From positions 1 through 64,000 of the IMG/VR virus record IMGVR_UViG_3300024348_000023: 64,000 nucleotides of DNA. One strand, written 5' to 3'. The translations under genes were made by a program, and so were the position numbers. Source of the stretch: a virus. The notes under the pieces were generated by a model, which did no database searches, was not told the DNA's origin, and saw only the letters and a list, made by a program, of their open reading frames with translations. Position 1 is the stretch's first letter. Each line of letters starts with the position of its first letter. This document shows, in pieces, positions 50,463 through 61,522 of this stretch.

Positions 50463-50932
50463 TGGCATTAACATTACCTAGAGGTTCAATTTTTAGCATA
50501 GAGGCTAAAGATCTTTTGGCAACTCCAGCAGGAACAACCAACCAGTGGAATAAGGTTACAGAGCATAACCGTACAGACTTTAGCATTAATGTTGAAAGAA
50601 TTGAAAAAGTAGTAAGAACTTCAAATGGAACTCTAAGAAAGAATTTTATTAAAGACAAGCGCAAATTCTCAACATCTTGGGACATGCTTCCATCATATAG
50701 AACCTTAACAGTAGACGGTGCATGGGGAGCAGAAGACTTAAGATCATTCTACCTAGGAGAACAGGGACAGGGTAGTTTTAAAATTAGATTAAATATAGCA
50801 AAAAATGGAGTCTCACAGGAGTCATCTGGTTACGAAGAGTATACAGTTGTTATTACAGACTGCAGTTTTGCAATTGCCAAACGAGGCTTACAGCCCCACT
50901 GGAATGTATCCCTGAGCATGGATGAAGTATAA
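50462..50932 (+). CDS. distal tail protein-like minor tail protein
   Basis: First gene after TMP; R..NGTLR, SWDMLP. Confidence 0.65.
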   Translation: MALTLPRGSIFSIEAKDLLATPAGTTNQWNKVTEHNRTDFSINVERIEKVVRTSNGTLRKNFIKDKRKFSTSWDMLPSYRTLTVDGAWGAEDLRSFYLGEQGQGSFKIRLNIAKNGVSQESSGYEEYTVVITDCSFAIAKRGLQPHWNVSLSMDEV

Positions 50933-52800
50933 TGCCAGTATATGCAAGCCCATCAGCCAAAACAAAGCTTGAGCAAAGTACATCTTTAAATCTTAACGTA
51001 GGTTGTACTATTGAATATAATATGAATAGACTTGTAGACAACATAACAGTAACGGGTGCAGATATTGTTAAGCCAGATGGTAGCAAGCCTTTTAAGAAGT
51101 TATTTCCTGTAGACTCAATAATTAAGGCCAACCGCCCAAATGGAGCGGGAGTTAAGTATGGAATTACTGGAGATGTCTCCGCTGGAACATATAGAGATCC
51201 AAGAGCTAGTACATACCCATTAAGTTATAGAACATACTACCCAGGTGCAGATACATACTACAAGTACTGGCTAAGTGCAATTAGCACAGGTGTAGATTTA
51301 ACTATTACATATCCAAAAGCAATACTAACAAATAAGGTAGTTGCAAAATTTGAAATATCACATTCAACTCCAGGAACCTGGAATATATTTTTAAATGGAT
51401 CTTCTGTTGCAAATGGAACAAGTGCACAAATAAAGGCCTTTGGTGCTGGCACATATGATGCTGGTACTCTAACTATTTATTATAATGGAACTTCATGGGT
51501 AACTACAGAGCCAGCAGTTTTAGGTGCTCCAGTAAGCATAACTACATTAAAGCTAACTACAGCAGGAGTTGCAGGGAAGTATATTGGTGTTATTGAGCTT
51601 TCTCCTAAATGGGTAGTAGATATATCAGAAGCAATTACAGATATGTCTATATCAAAAGAATCTTCTACTAGCTCAGAAGACATACTTCCAATTGGAAAAG
51701 TTTCAGCAAACTCTCTATCTTTAGGTCTTGTATCTTATGAAGCTACACGTAAAATAATTTCTTTTGACAAAACATTTGCATTTGATGCTTCTAAGATTTA
51801 CCTATATAAGCAGATTGAAATAAATCCATACTATAAGCTATACAATTCTGATCAAACTTACGAAAAGATTAATCAAGGAGTTTTCTATCTGGACAATTGG
51901 TCTTCTTCAGAGTTTGGAGATATATCATTAACAGCTCTTGATGGAGCAAAAATTTTACAAGAAATAATTGCGCCAAGTATTATTTGTGAAGGATACTCAA
52001 CTACTGCAATCTTAAGAAGATTACTTGATACAGTAGGATTTGTAAACTATAAGTTTAATATGTCTGAAACAGATACTTCAATATTTACACCGAGATTCTG
52101 GTGGACAGATGATAGTAAACCAGTATGGAATGCCATACAAGAGCTTTGCAGAGATTCTCAAATGACGGCTATATTTGATGAAAATAATGTGCTTCAGTTT
52201 TATACAAGAGACTACATGTTTTCTTCAACAAAAGGTATAGACTGGGCATTTAGATATGATGCAGATGGATCTAATTTGCCTAACATAGTTTCTTTTTCTA
52301 AAAACGAACTTGCAAGTGCAAATCAAGTTAAAGTGCTATGGAATAGCGTAACTACATCAGAATATACTGGAAATTCTCAACCTCTGTGGAAGTCTGGAAA
52401 TACTTCAATGGGCGCTCTATCTCTTGATCAAGATTTGCCATCATCAATTGGCGCAGGTGGATATATAAACCTTTCTCCAATAACCGTAAACAGCTATGAA
52501 AGCAAAAGGGTTTTATACGAGTACAGCGGGTACCTAGTAATTGATTCAGAAATTATAGAGTACGATGCAATACAATATGAATATGTTTCTGGAGGAAATA
52601 AGACCCAGGTTTGGATAACAACAGAGTCTGATGTTTTAAAATATCTAGGGCTTTCAAATGTTGGTTCTGCAAACTACCAACCAACAGGCAAGTATAGAAT
52701 TAAAACAAGAGGTGCATTTAATACAACACCTGCAAATCATTATGCTGCAGCGTCGACTATATTAAATTCATGGAGTGGATATGAGGTGAAGTGGGTCTGA
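50932..52800 (+). CDS. tail tip/baseplate hub-like minor tail protein
   Basis: Position; VWNAIQELCRDSQ..AIFDE..VLQF. Confidence 0.65.
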   Translation: MPVYASPSAKTKLEQSTSLNLNVGCTIEYNMNRLVDNITVTGADIVKPDGSKPFKKLFPVDSIIKANRPNGAGVKYGITGDVSAGTYRDPRASTYPLSYRTYYPGADTYYKYWLSAISTGVDLTITYPKAILTNKVVAKFEISHSTPGTWNIFLNGSSVANGTSAQIKAFGAGTYDAGTLTIYYNGTSWVTTEPAVLGAPVSITTLKLTTAGVAGKYIGVIELSPKWVVDISEAITDMSISKESSTSSEDILPIGKVSANSLSLGLVSYEATRKIISFDKTFAFDASKIYLYKQIEINPYYKLYNSDQTYEKINQGVFYLDNWSSSEFGDISLTALDGAKILQEIIAPSIICEGYSTTAILRRLLDTVGFVNYKFNMSETDTSIFTPRFWWTDDSKPVWNAIQELCRDSQMTAIFDENNVLQFYTRDYMFSSTKGIDWAFRYDADGSNLPNIVSFSKNELASANQVKVLWNSVTTSEYTGNSQPLWKSGNTSMGALSLDQDLPSSIGAGGYINLSPITVNSYESKRVLYEYSGYLVIDSEIIEYDAIQYEYVSGGNKTQVWITTESDVLKYLGLSNVGSANYQPTGKYRIKTRGAFNTTPANHYAAASTILNSWSGYEVKWV

Positions 52801-54575
52801 TGTTAGCATATGATTTGATAGACGGAGGCGGCGGAGTCCCAACAGCACCAGTTCCAGCAGACTATAAGCTGCCATGGATATCTGTTAAGGCAGTATCCCT
52901 TACATCAATAGAAATTACACTGGGGTCACCAAACGCTACACCTGGAAGCTATGGAGGATCAATAACTACTTTATCTTTTAATGATCCAGATTTTACCTTC
53001 ACATCTACTTCTCCAGTAATTACAAAAATTGGACTGGTCCCTGGACAAAAATATAATATACGTGCAAGATCTTATAGCGGACTAAATGCAACTGGAATGT
53101 ATGGTGACTACATAACAGATACGTTTACTATGCCAGCATATAATCCGCTTACTGGGATTGTTTCTACAACAACTCCAGTCCTCACTCCTCCAGGATCCAC
53201 TGGAACAAATCCTACAGTATCCTCTGGTAACGGAGTTCAATTAAATAATACTGGATCAGCAGATACTGGAGAAGATGACGCAGTACCAGTTCAATATGTT
53301 ACTGGATCCTCATCTGCCGTTAGCGGTAATAGACAGGTTGAAAAGTCTTTATTTAGAGTTACAAATAATTCACCTGATCCTACTGCATACTCTATTGCTA
53401 CTAAAGACTTTGAGATATCTACCTCATACTCACATTATACTTTTGGAACAGGAATGTTTTTTCAAAGTAGTGTTTCAGATGTTAATGCAGCAGGAGGAAT
53501 GGGATTCTTTACAGATTCGTTGGGAAAGAACGGATACTACGTATTGCTACAGACTACTTCTAATCTATCAAAAACAGATGATAAAGAAGTAAAAATAATT
53601 AAAGTTGTAAACGGTAAGAAAAAGATTTTAAATGATACTCAAAAAAATAATGCTAAAACGTTAACAGGAATTTTAGGAGCTACATCTTATAAGGTTGACA
53701 TAAAAGTAAAATGTACTGCAACTGTAAGAGTCATTGATGTTTATATTAATAACTTTAAGATTACAGCAACAGATACAAATTCTCCTACTAGCACTGATCC
53801 AGTAGATAAGGTTTTGCCAATAACTTCTAATGTATCAATGTGTGCAACAACAGGATCAGCTTATTATGACTATGTATACGCAATGCCGATAGAAGAAGCT
53901 CAATACAATTCTGGCATTATGCAAAATGTATATAACGGCCAATTTAATAATACAATGTTGAGCTTTTTATACGGAGAAAAAGTTTTAAGTAATTTTAATA
54001 AGACAACTATTTCAAATGGAAAGCTTGAAGAGTTTGGAACTGTAGCAAGAGAGCTTAGAAAAGTAAGCATTAAATATGAATCTCGTCCAGGATATCCATT
54101 ATACCCAAGCTTAGGAATAAATAAATTTGTTAATGTCTTAGGTTCTAGATTGACCTCATTTGGAGCAGAAGTGTATTTAATTAATAATGCTGGAACTTGG
54201 GTGCCTCTAGATGACTCCTCACTGCATTCATTTAGCGTAATCGGTAACTATGTGGTAACTTCGGGTCAGCATGAATACACTGATAAAACAATTAATGAAT
54301 ATTCAAACCCAGAGCCAGTCATATTTCAATCCTCATGGATTCAAAAAGAAGATGATGCAAAGTCAATATCTAAATGGATAAAAGATCTATGGTCAAAACA
54401 ACAGTCTGTTGTAAATATGCAAGTATTTGGAAACCCGCTGGTATCAGTAGGAGACATTATAACGATTAACTATCCGTCAAATAATTTAGACGGAAGCCAA
54501 AAGTTTGTTGTAATGAATGTAAATAATTCATTTAATGAGGGATTGGAGACATCAATTACAGCTAGGACATTATAG
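52800..54575 (+). CDS. minor tail protein (FN3-like N-terminus, hub-like C-terminus)
   Basis: GLVPGQKYNIRARS; FGNPLVSVGDII.I; TGATG coupling. Confidence 0.65.
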   Translation: MLAYDLIDGGGGVPTAPVPADYKLPWISVKAVSLTSIEITLGSPNATPGSYGGSITTLSFNDPDFTFTSTSPVITKIGLVPGQKYNIRARSYSGLNATGMYGDYITDTFTMPAYNPLTGIVSTTTPVLTPPGSTGTNPTVSSGNGVQLNNTGSADTGEDDAVPVQYVTGSSSAVSGNRQVEKSLFRVTNNSPDPTAYSIATKDFEISTSYSHYTFGTGMFFQSSVSDVNAAGGMGFFTDSLGKNGYYVLLQTTSNLSKTDDKEVKIIKVVNGKKKILNDTQKNNAKTLTGILGATSYKVDIKVKCTATVRVIDVYINNFKITATDTNSPTSTDPVDKVLPITSNVSMCATTGSAYYDYVYAMPIEEAQYNSGIMQNVYNGQFNNTMLSFLYGEKVLSNFNKTTISNGKLEEFGTVARELRKVSIKYESRPGYPLYPSLGINKFVNVLGSRLTSFGAEVYLINNAGTWVPLDDSSLHSFSVIGNYVVTSGQHEYTDKTINEYSNPEPVIFQSSWIQKEDDAKSISKWIKDLWSKQQSVVNMQVFGNPLVSVGDIITINYPSNNLDGSQKFVVMNVNNSFNEGLETSITARTL

Positions 54576-54598
54576 TCTGTAAATGGTATAATAAAAAA

Positions 54599-54994
54599 AT
54601 GGCAACTGAGAGAGTATCAACCACAAGCGTAACAGCAGACGCACCTATTGCCCTATATACAAATTCTCCAGAAAATGCAGATTTAAGCACGAACTACAAA
54701 AAGTTGATACCTGGTAATTCCGTGGGAGCAATGTATCTTGCTTCAAACGATATAGGGTATAATGAAATAGACGGAACAACTATTGCCATAGAAGAAAGCT
54801 CTGCATCATCAGGAGCAGAAGGTGGTGAGTCTGCAGCAACGGCTGCTGCCCCATCTCTTTCAGATATACAGGTAATCTCAAGAGAAGTTGTATATGATTC
54901 AGCAGGCAATCCATCTGTTCAAGTCGTATTTAAAATTAAAAATTCAAGTGATAAAAAATTAAAAGGAATTAATGCAAGAGTGGAGCTATTATGA
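54599..54994 (+). CDS. hypothetical tail-region protein
   Basis: 131 aa; TGGTATAAT 6 nt before ATG. Confidence 0.65.
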   Translation: MATERVSTTSVTADAPIALYTNSPENADLSTNYKKLIPGNSVGAMYLASNDIGYNEIDGTTIAIEESSASSGAEGGESAATAAAPSLSDIQVISREVVYDSAGNPSVQVVFKIKNSSDKKLKGINARVELL

Positions 54995-56076
54995 TAACAA
55001 AGTTTGGTAAAAGATTTTTAACAAGCCACCTAGCTGGATTAGTTGATTTTACAACAAAAGATATAGTTTTAGGAATAGGTGATACAACTCCTAATCAATA
55101 TGGCAATGACACAAGATTAGATTTTGAGTTTTATAGGCTACCAGCAACTTTAAGTAGCATAGATATTAGATCTGCAAACATAACAGGACTATCTACAAAT
55201 GGATCATCTGTAACATATACAGCAGAAAATAATTTTAGTCCAGGACAGACAGTAAAGATAACTGGAATTGTTCCAACTCAATATAATGTTTCATCTGCCG
55301 TGGTTACAACAGCAACAAATTCAACATTTACAATATCATCAGCAGCATCAGGATCTTACGTATCTGGTGGTTACGCCTCTTCATATTCAGCAATATTTTC
55401 AGCCACAATACCGCAGGACGTATCTGGAGTTATATCTGAAATTGGATTATATCCAGGTTCAAGAAAATCAGCAAATAATTTTGATAGCAAGTTTATAACA
55501 TCTTTTGATAATAATTTAAACTGGACAGATGGTTCCTATAATCCAGGCATCACATATAACTCTGGAGCTTTTCAATCTAAAATTGGCGACAACATGATTA
55601 CTGTAACTGCTTCAGCAAACACATCAAAAGAATATGGAAATTCACAAACCTACTATGATATTTCTGGATACAGTATAAATGATAGTATAGCTATTGCTTA
55701 TAAAAAAGTTGATACAAATGTGTCTAAAATTAGAGTAAAGTTTTACAGTTCACCAACCTCTTATTGCTGGGTAGATTTTACTCCGCTATCTGGAACAGGT
55801 GACAAGATACAGTCTTTAACTTTAAATAATTTGTTTTCAAACACAACAGCAACTCCTCCAGATCTTACATCAATAATTAAGGTAGGTATAGAGGTTACCG
55901 CAGGTTCAGGCGGAGCCACAACTGTACACTTTGATGGGATTCGAATTAATGATGAAGACACATTTGATCCGTACTACGGTTTAATTAGCAGATCTGTTTT
56001 AACTGGATCTGATATATTAACAAAAGTTTCTGGAAGACAAGTGGACATAGAATACAAGCTAGCTCTGGAGTTCTAA
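54991..56076 (+). CDS. minor tail/baseplate protein
   Basis: MITKFGKRF, RLDFEFYR, ISEIGLYP, VDIEYKL. Confidence 0.65.
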   Translation: MITKFGKRFLTSHLAGLVDFTTKDIVLGIGDTTPNQYGNDTRLDFEFYRLPATLSSIDIRSANITGLSTNGSSVTYTAENNFSPGQTVKITGIVPTQYNVSSAVVTTATNSTFTISSAASGSYVSGGYASSYSAIFSATIPQDVSGVISEIGLYPGSRKSANNFDSKFITSFDNNLNWTDGSYNPGITYNSGAFQSKIGDNMITVTASANTSKEYGNSQTYYDISGYSINDSIAIAYKKVDTNVSKIRVKFYSSPTSYCWVDFTPLSGTGDKIQSLTLNNLFSNTTATPPDLTSIIKVGIEVTAGSGGATTVHFDGIRINDEDTFDPYYGLISRSVLTGSDILTKVSGRQVDIEYKLALEF

Positions 56077-58923
56077 ATGGCAGATGCATTAGGCGATTTA
56101 GCAATAGTTCCAGTAACGAGTAGTGATACTAATTACTTTTTGCGTAAAGTAACTGGATTAAAAATTGATAAAACTTATTCATTTAAATTTCAATGGGTTT
56201 TAGAGGATGGAACAGTAAGTGATTGGTCTCCAGGATATCAAATAGTAACTCCTACAGAAAGCATACCCACAGCCCCTTCAGCAGTAGTTCCTTCTACTTC
56301 AGTTGGTAATATTCCAGTAACACTTTCTGCATTCCCAGCAAATGCTAAGCGTGTAGATATATATGTAATAGGTGGAATTTATGGATCAGGTAAAGTTGTT
56401 GATTCATTTTTGTCTGCGGGAACAAAAACAATTTCAATTTCAGAGCCAGGGGAATACTTAGTTACATTAATATCTGTTACTCCATCAGGCATTAATGGAA
56501 CTCCAACAAATTCATTTGCAATTACAGTTTCAGCAAGCAGCGTTGACACCACAGTTCTACCTGGAGCCCCTGCATCAGTTGTTGTAACAGGCTTTAATGA
56601 ACCATCAGACCCATTAAATAGAACTGGGTATGTAAACATAAGCTTTACCGCAGGAAGCTCGGCAAAAGGACATACGATTGGTTTATGGACATCAAATCCA
56701 GGATCAAATGATCCAGTTAAAGTAATAACTGCCGACGGCACATCAACAAAAATTGATGGCTTGTTTGTAGGTTCAACATACTATTTTAAAGTAAGATCAT
56801 TTAATCAATTTAATAACACCTCTTCCTGGGTTGCACCTCTTGCAAATTATCCAGTTACTATACCTGGAACAATACTGGTGCCTGGCGCAGTTACTATTTC
56901 TGGAACAGCTGCACCAAAAAGTATTGTAGTTTCATGGGGAGATCCATCAAGCAATGCATCTCTTGTAACAAATGGAGGGTATTATGAAGTAAATTTATAT
57001 ACCAATAGTTCTGGAACAGGATCACCTATTGAAACTAGAAAAGCTTGGAGTAATCAAGCTTCTTTCTCAGGTTTAACAACAGGAGTTTCATATTGGGTTA
57101 CAGTTAAACCATATACAGCAGGAAGCACACCTATTGCTGGAACTCTATCATCAGTTTATGGGCCATTAATTCCTACAGCAATTGATAACCCAGATTTAAA
57201 GGGCGACTTTATATTAGCAAGTAATCAGTTGCAAGTGGGTTCAACAAGCGGGGCAAACGATATACATTTAAGTGCATATACAAAAACTGTAGATTCACTA
57301 TCCACAGCTGGAAGAATTTATATTGGTGGTCCAGAAACTAGCGGAAGTGTTGCGGTAGGACTCTATAATAATTCGGGTACACCATTCTATGCAGATAACC
57401 TAGGAAGATTTTCATTAGGAGATAAACTAACATGGAGTGGTAATTTAGCTACACCAGCACTAAATATAAAAGGAACAATAGATGTAACTGGGCCAAGCAC
57501 ATTCTCTAGCTATGTACTATCTGGTGCAACTAGCTCATCTTTTGTTGGAATTGGGTATCAGGTTCCATATAGACTTTCTAATACATTGCAAACTGGTGCA
57601 AATGGATTAACTGGTCTTGTAATTAATAGCAGTGGAACAGTTGCAAATAGTGATTATATAAAATCAGATGGAACATTTAGACTTGCCGCTGGCGCATTAA
57701 CATTTAGCAGCGGAGTTCTTGCGGTAACTGGAAATATTACAGCAAATGCTATTGCGGCTAATACAGACATTAGTGGAGCAACGGGAACTTTTACTGGGCC
57801 TTTGAGCGTAGGAACAACCACTCTTGCAAATATTACAGGGGCATCTTCTGTAACAGTAAATAGCGTTACTAGAGTAAGATTTATTGCTGAAAATGCTTTA
57901 AGAGCAAATGATTCTGTTACTATAAGTGGTATTGCACAAAACCAAGTCTTTGCTTACTGGGCTGGACCAGGAAATACTAATCCAGTATATAATTATTTTA
58001 ATAATCCATTTAATTTAGGAACAGTAACTGTTTATGAAGCAGGTGCAACCTATTTTGATATTCAAAGCAGTGTAACTGGAACGTATACTTCTGGTGGAAC
58101 AGCAACTGGAACTGCCTTTAGAGTAAGTTCTACTGGATTAGTTAGAGGCGCAGCAGGACAAATTGGTGGTTGGGTTATTGATGTAACTAAATTAAGAAGC
58201 GCATCAGGCTCAATATCTTTAGATCCAATAACCCCACAGATAACAATACAAGGATCTGGTGGGTACTCTGGATATAATATAACACTTGCACCTCCAACAG
58301 GAATAACAGCAGGATCAACATTTTCTGTAACTCCAGCAGGATATCTTACTTCAACAAGTGGTAGTATTGCTGGCTGGTCAATTGGATCAAGCGCTATTTC
58401 TAAATCTACTACCTATACCGACCCAACCTTTGGTCTAACAACTTTAACAACTACACTCGGATCTTCTGGAAATATTACTATATCATTAGATACAGGCTCA
58501 GACTTCTTAAAAAATTCTTTATTCGTTGTAAAGAGTACAGCAAGCGAAACTCAAATAGGTCCCTCATATATAAATATGCAAATTGCAGCAGTTCCTGCTT
58601 TTTCAGTTCCATCTGGAAGCATGTACATGGGTGTGTCAGCTTTGTCGCCAAGTTCATATTCAATATATTGGCAAGGATCATCACAGTCATCTGGGTATTC
58701 ATCCTTTAAATGGCAATGGCTTAATTATCAAGGTGCCGAACGAACAGCAAATACTGCAGGAGCACAAGGATATGATACACTTCCTCAAAACGTAAGACCT
58801 TTGGTTGTAGATACGCAAGGTTATCAATGGCTTGGAGCAACAAATTATTTTTCAACAACCCAAACAACAACACCGTCAACTGGCACAGGGCAAGATGGCG
58901 ACTTCTTCTTTAGTACAGCGTGA
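56077..58923 (+). CDS. tail protein with fibronectin type III domains
   Basis: GLFVGSTYYFKVRSFN, GLTTGVSYWVTV; GQIGGW/GSIAGW repeats. Confidence 0.75.
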   Translation: MADALGDLAIVPVTSSDTNYFLRKVTGLKIDKTYSFKFQWVLEDGTVSDWSPGYQIVTPTESIPTAPSAVVPSTSVGNIPVTLSAFPANAKRVDIYVIGGIYGSGKVVDSFLSAGTKTISISEPGEYLVTLISVTPSGINGTPTNSFAITVSASSVDTTVLPGAPASVVVTGFNEPSDPLNRTGYVNISFTAGSSAKGHTIGLWTSNPGSNDPVKVITADGTSTKIDGLFVGSTYYFKVRSFNQFNNTSSWVAPLANYPVTIPGTILVPGAVTISGTAAPKSIVVSWGDPSSNASLVTNGGYYEVNLYTNSSGTGSPIETRKAWSNQASFSGLTTGVSYWVTVKPYTAGSTPIAGTLSSVYGPLIPTAIDNPDLKGDFILASNQLQVGSTSGANDIHLSAYTKTVDSLSTAGRIYIGGPETSGSVAVGLYNNSGTPFYADNLGRFSLGDKLTWSGNLATPALNIKGTIDVTGPSTFSSYVLSGATSSSFVGIGYQVPYRLSNTLQTGANGLTGLVINSSGTVANSDYIKSDGTFRLAAGALTFSSGVLAVTGNITANAIAANTDISGATGTFTGPLSVGTTTLANITGASSVTVNSVTRVRFIAENALRANDSVTISGIAQNQVFAYWAGPGNTNPVYNYFNNPFNLGTVTVYEAGATYFDIQSSVTGTYTSGGTATGTAFRVSSTGLVRGAAGQIGGWVIDVTKLRSASGSISLDPITPQITIQGSGGYSGYNITLAPPTGITAGSTFSVTPAGYLTSTSGSIAGWSIGSSAISKSTTYTDPTFGLTTLTTTLGSSGNITISLDTGSDFLKNSLFVVKSTASETQIGPSYINMQIAAVPAFSVPSGSMYMGVSALSPSSYSIYWQGSSQSSGYSSFKWQWLNYQGAERTANTAGAQGYDTLPQNVRPLVVDTQGYQWLGATNYFSTTQTTTPSTGTGQDGDFFFSTA

Positions 58924-58928
58924 TATAA

Positions 58929-61049
58929 ATGCCTAGTATATGGAGAAAAACTGGCGGAAGCTGGGTTAAACTTAAAACAGTTTATAGAAAAACTGGTGGA
59001 AGCTGGCAGTCTGTAAAAAGAGTGTGGAGAAAAACAGCAGGAGCTTGGCAACTTGTTTTTTTGCAAGCGCTAACTCCATCAATTCAAACTAAAGTTACTA
59101 TATCAGCTTCAACTTCTGCTACTCAAACCAGAACTCTTGTCGGAAGAGTTTACTTCTGGTCTAATGCTACGGGGGTAACTTATCAGTTTGCAAAAAGCAT
59201 AAACGATATATCTTATACAAACATCACTGGTGCATCAGGAACATCAACAAACCCTTCATCTGGTGGAAGCAATACCAATGATCAATATTTTTTAAGTCAA
59301 TCTGATTTAACACCAAATACAACAAATTATTATAAATATATCTCTAAGGCAGTCAATTCAACTTTTGGAACAGAGCAAACATCTTCTTCGGATTCTATAG
59401 CAATAGAAGCCCCAAGAGACTTATCTCTTTCTGCAACAAAGACATCTAAGACCGTAACGGTAAATTTTACAAATGACACCTACTCTGGAAGATACGAATA
59501 TCAATATAAAAAAACTGCAGACACTGCGTGGAGTTCATCTTTTTATGTAGCACCTGGTGCAACTGAAACATCTTTTACTGTTAGTTCTTTAGATAGCAGC
59601 ACTAATTATAGCTTCCAGGTAAGAGGCTGGACTGGAACCGCTAATGGTTACGGATATTATGGAAACTGGGCTACTGTATCAGCAACAACAAATGCTCCCG
59701 CTGTGCCAAATCCGCCAACAAACATTACTTATAATACAATATCAAAAGACTCATATTTTATTCAATGGACATCTCCAGTTACTGATGCAACACATGATGC
59801 AGCAACAGGATTTGATTTTGGTTCAAGCTCTAGCAATACAACTCAGCCAGCAACAGAGGTAACCGCCGCTGGAGTTTCAAACACTCAATGGAAAACTATT
59901 ACAATAGTAGATAGACCAAACAACAATGAACTAATAAGCAGCCTAGCAGCTGGCACAACATACTACGGTTGGGTTAGATCAAGAAATGCAGGAGGAGTTT
60001 CTGCATGGGCAGTAGGAGCAGCTGTTACAACAACTGCATTAAAACCACCAAATAATATAACTGGTCTTGCAAAAGATACGACTGTAGATTCAGAAACAAG
60101 TTTAAAATTTACTTGGACAGCTGGCGCTGCTACGAGTACAAATGGAGCCGCAACAAGCTTTATGTATTCTTACAACACCTCAAATACTGCCCCTACAGAT
60201 GGAGGCACATATGAAACATCTGACTCTACAACAAACGTTACTTTAACAGGCTTAACAGCAAATACAACCTATTTTATTTTTATTAAAGCAAAAAATGCTG
60301 ACGGACTATCAAGCACTTGGGTTAGCGCAAGTGGAAAAACAAAAGCAACAGCAAATCCTCCAGGTCCCGTAGCAACTGCTTCTGCAGGAAATGCATCACA
60401 ATCAGGATTTAGATTTTCTTGGACACAAGGAACTGGAGGAAATCCTACAACATATTTAATTGCATTAAGCACATCAACTACAGAGCCAACTAGTGAAAAT
60501 ATTTTTAGCTATGATAATTTTTATTATGAATCAGGGACTGGAACAAACTATACATTTTCAGGTCTTTCCTCTAGTACAACTTATTATTGTTGGGTAAAAG
60601 CTAGAAATGCAGACGGTACATCAACTTCTGTTAGAAGAACGGCAACGACAGCTGCTGCTCCAACTGTAGGAGCCCCATCATGGACTTCGGCAACAAACTT
60701 TCAAAGAGTCACATCTGGCACGGCAAACTTTAGGTGGGGGTGGGGAAATACAGGCACACTATCTCCAACAACTGGAACTTATACAACAATGACTAGAAAC
60801 GGAATGTTTTGGGAATTTTATACATCGCTTACTGGTACAACCCCTTCCAACTCAGGATATAAATCTCAAACTACAACAAATGACAATAGAGTAGCCGTAA
60901 ATGGAACTAACTTTCCCTATTTATTGTGGAGTGCGGGTACATCTCCAGATGTTACTTATAGCGCCAATCCAAGATATGTTAGAGTTCAAGCTGACTCCTA
61001 TGATTATGAAGGAAAATTTTGGCAGTCTGCATGGACGGCACGAATATGA
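58929..61049 (+). CDS. FN3-repeat tail fibre/adhesin protein
   Basis: Four L...T.Y...V(R/K) FN3 signatures; N-terminal three RKT(G/A)G(S/A)W units. Confidence 0.78.
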   Translation: MPSIWRKTGGSWVKLKTVYRKTGGSWQSVKRVWRKTAGAWQLVFLQALTPSIQTKVTISASTSATQTRTLVGRVYFWSNATGVTYQFAKSINDISYTNITGASGTSTNPSSGGSNTNDQYFLSQSDLTPNTTNYYKYISKAVNSTFGTEQTSSSDSIAIEAPRDLSLSATKTSKTVTVNFTNDTYSGRYEYQYKKTADTAWSSSFYVAPGATETSFTVSSLDSSTNYSFQVRGWTGTANGYGYYGNWATVSATTNAPAVPNPPTNITYNTISKDSYFIQWTSPVTDATHDAATGFDFGSSSSNTTQPATEVTAAGVSNTQWKTITIVDRPNNNELISSLAAGTTYYGWVRSRNAGGVSAWAVGAAVTTTALKPPNNITGLAKDTTVDSETSLKFTWTAGAATSTNGAATSFMYSYNTSNTAPTDGGTYETSDSTTNVTLTGLTANTTYFIFIKAKNADGLSSTWVSASGKTKATANPPGPVATASAGNASQSGFRFSWTQGTGGNPTTYLIALSTSTTEPTSENIFSYDNFYYESGTGTNYTFSGLSSSTTYYCWVKARNADGTSTSVRRTATTAAAPTVGAPSWTSATNFQRVTSGTANFRWGWGNTGTLSPTTGTYTTMTRNGMFWEFYTSLTGTTPSNSGYKSQTTTNDNRVAVNGTNFPYLLWSAGTSPDVTYSANPRYVRVQADSYDYEGKFWQSAWTARI

Positions 61050-61291
61050 TGTTTTCTTTATATGATAAAATAGGTATGGTTGAAGATCGGATAATAACAA
61101 AATCCAAAGAAAGAGATTTGCTGTGGGAAAAAATTAATTCAGAGGGTCTTTATTGGGAGGATATCCCAGACCATGAGTATATGAAGCAGATGGAAGTTTT
61201 CAGGGTAGTAATTAATGCTTTAATGGTAGAAAGAAATACCTTGTATGAAACGATAGAGAATGATATAATGGGTAAAGGAGGTCCACAATGA
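61046..61291 (+). CDS. hypothetical protein
   Basis: ATGA overlap at both ends; start uncertain. Confidence 0.5.
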   Translation: MMFSLYDKIGMVEDRIITKSKERDLLWEKINSEGLYWEDIPDHEYMKQMEVFRVVINALMVERNTLYETIENDIMGKGGPQ

Positions 61292-61512
61292 CTTATGAAC
61301 TAGGAAATGAAGAAAAAATTAATATGGTAAATCAGCATATTAAAAACTTAAGCTACTCTAAGTATGATTTAGAGCTATCAAAGCTGGAGGCTTTGGCAGT
61401 ACACACAGCCGAAGAGGTTGCTGCTATGGCATATCAAAATCAAATAGATGAAGTTACATCTAAAATACTAAAATTAGAAGAAATTTTAGACACACTAGCC
61501 CCAACAGAATAG
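61288..61512 (+). CDS. small coiled-coil protein
   Basis: AGGAGG RBS; TGATATAAT at 61261. Confidence 0.7.
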   Translation: MTYELGNEEKINMVNQHIKNLSYSKYDLELSKLEALAVHTAEEVAAMAYQNQIDEVTSKILKLEEILDTLAPTE

Positions 61513-61522
61513 GGATATTAAA

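Noticed and set aside
52780-52810. Frameshift or pseudogene between two tail-tip ORFs
   Set aside because: Clean TGATG coupling with an upstream GAGGTG SD; no slippery heptamer
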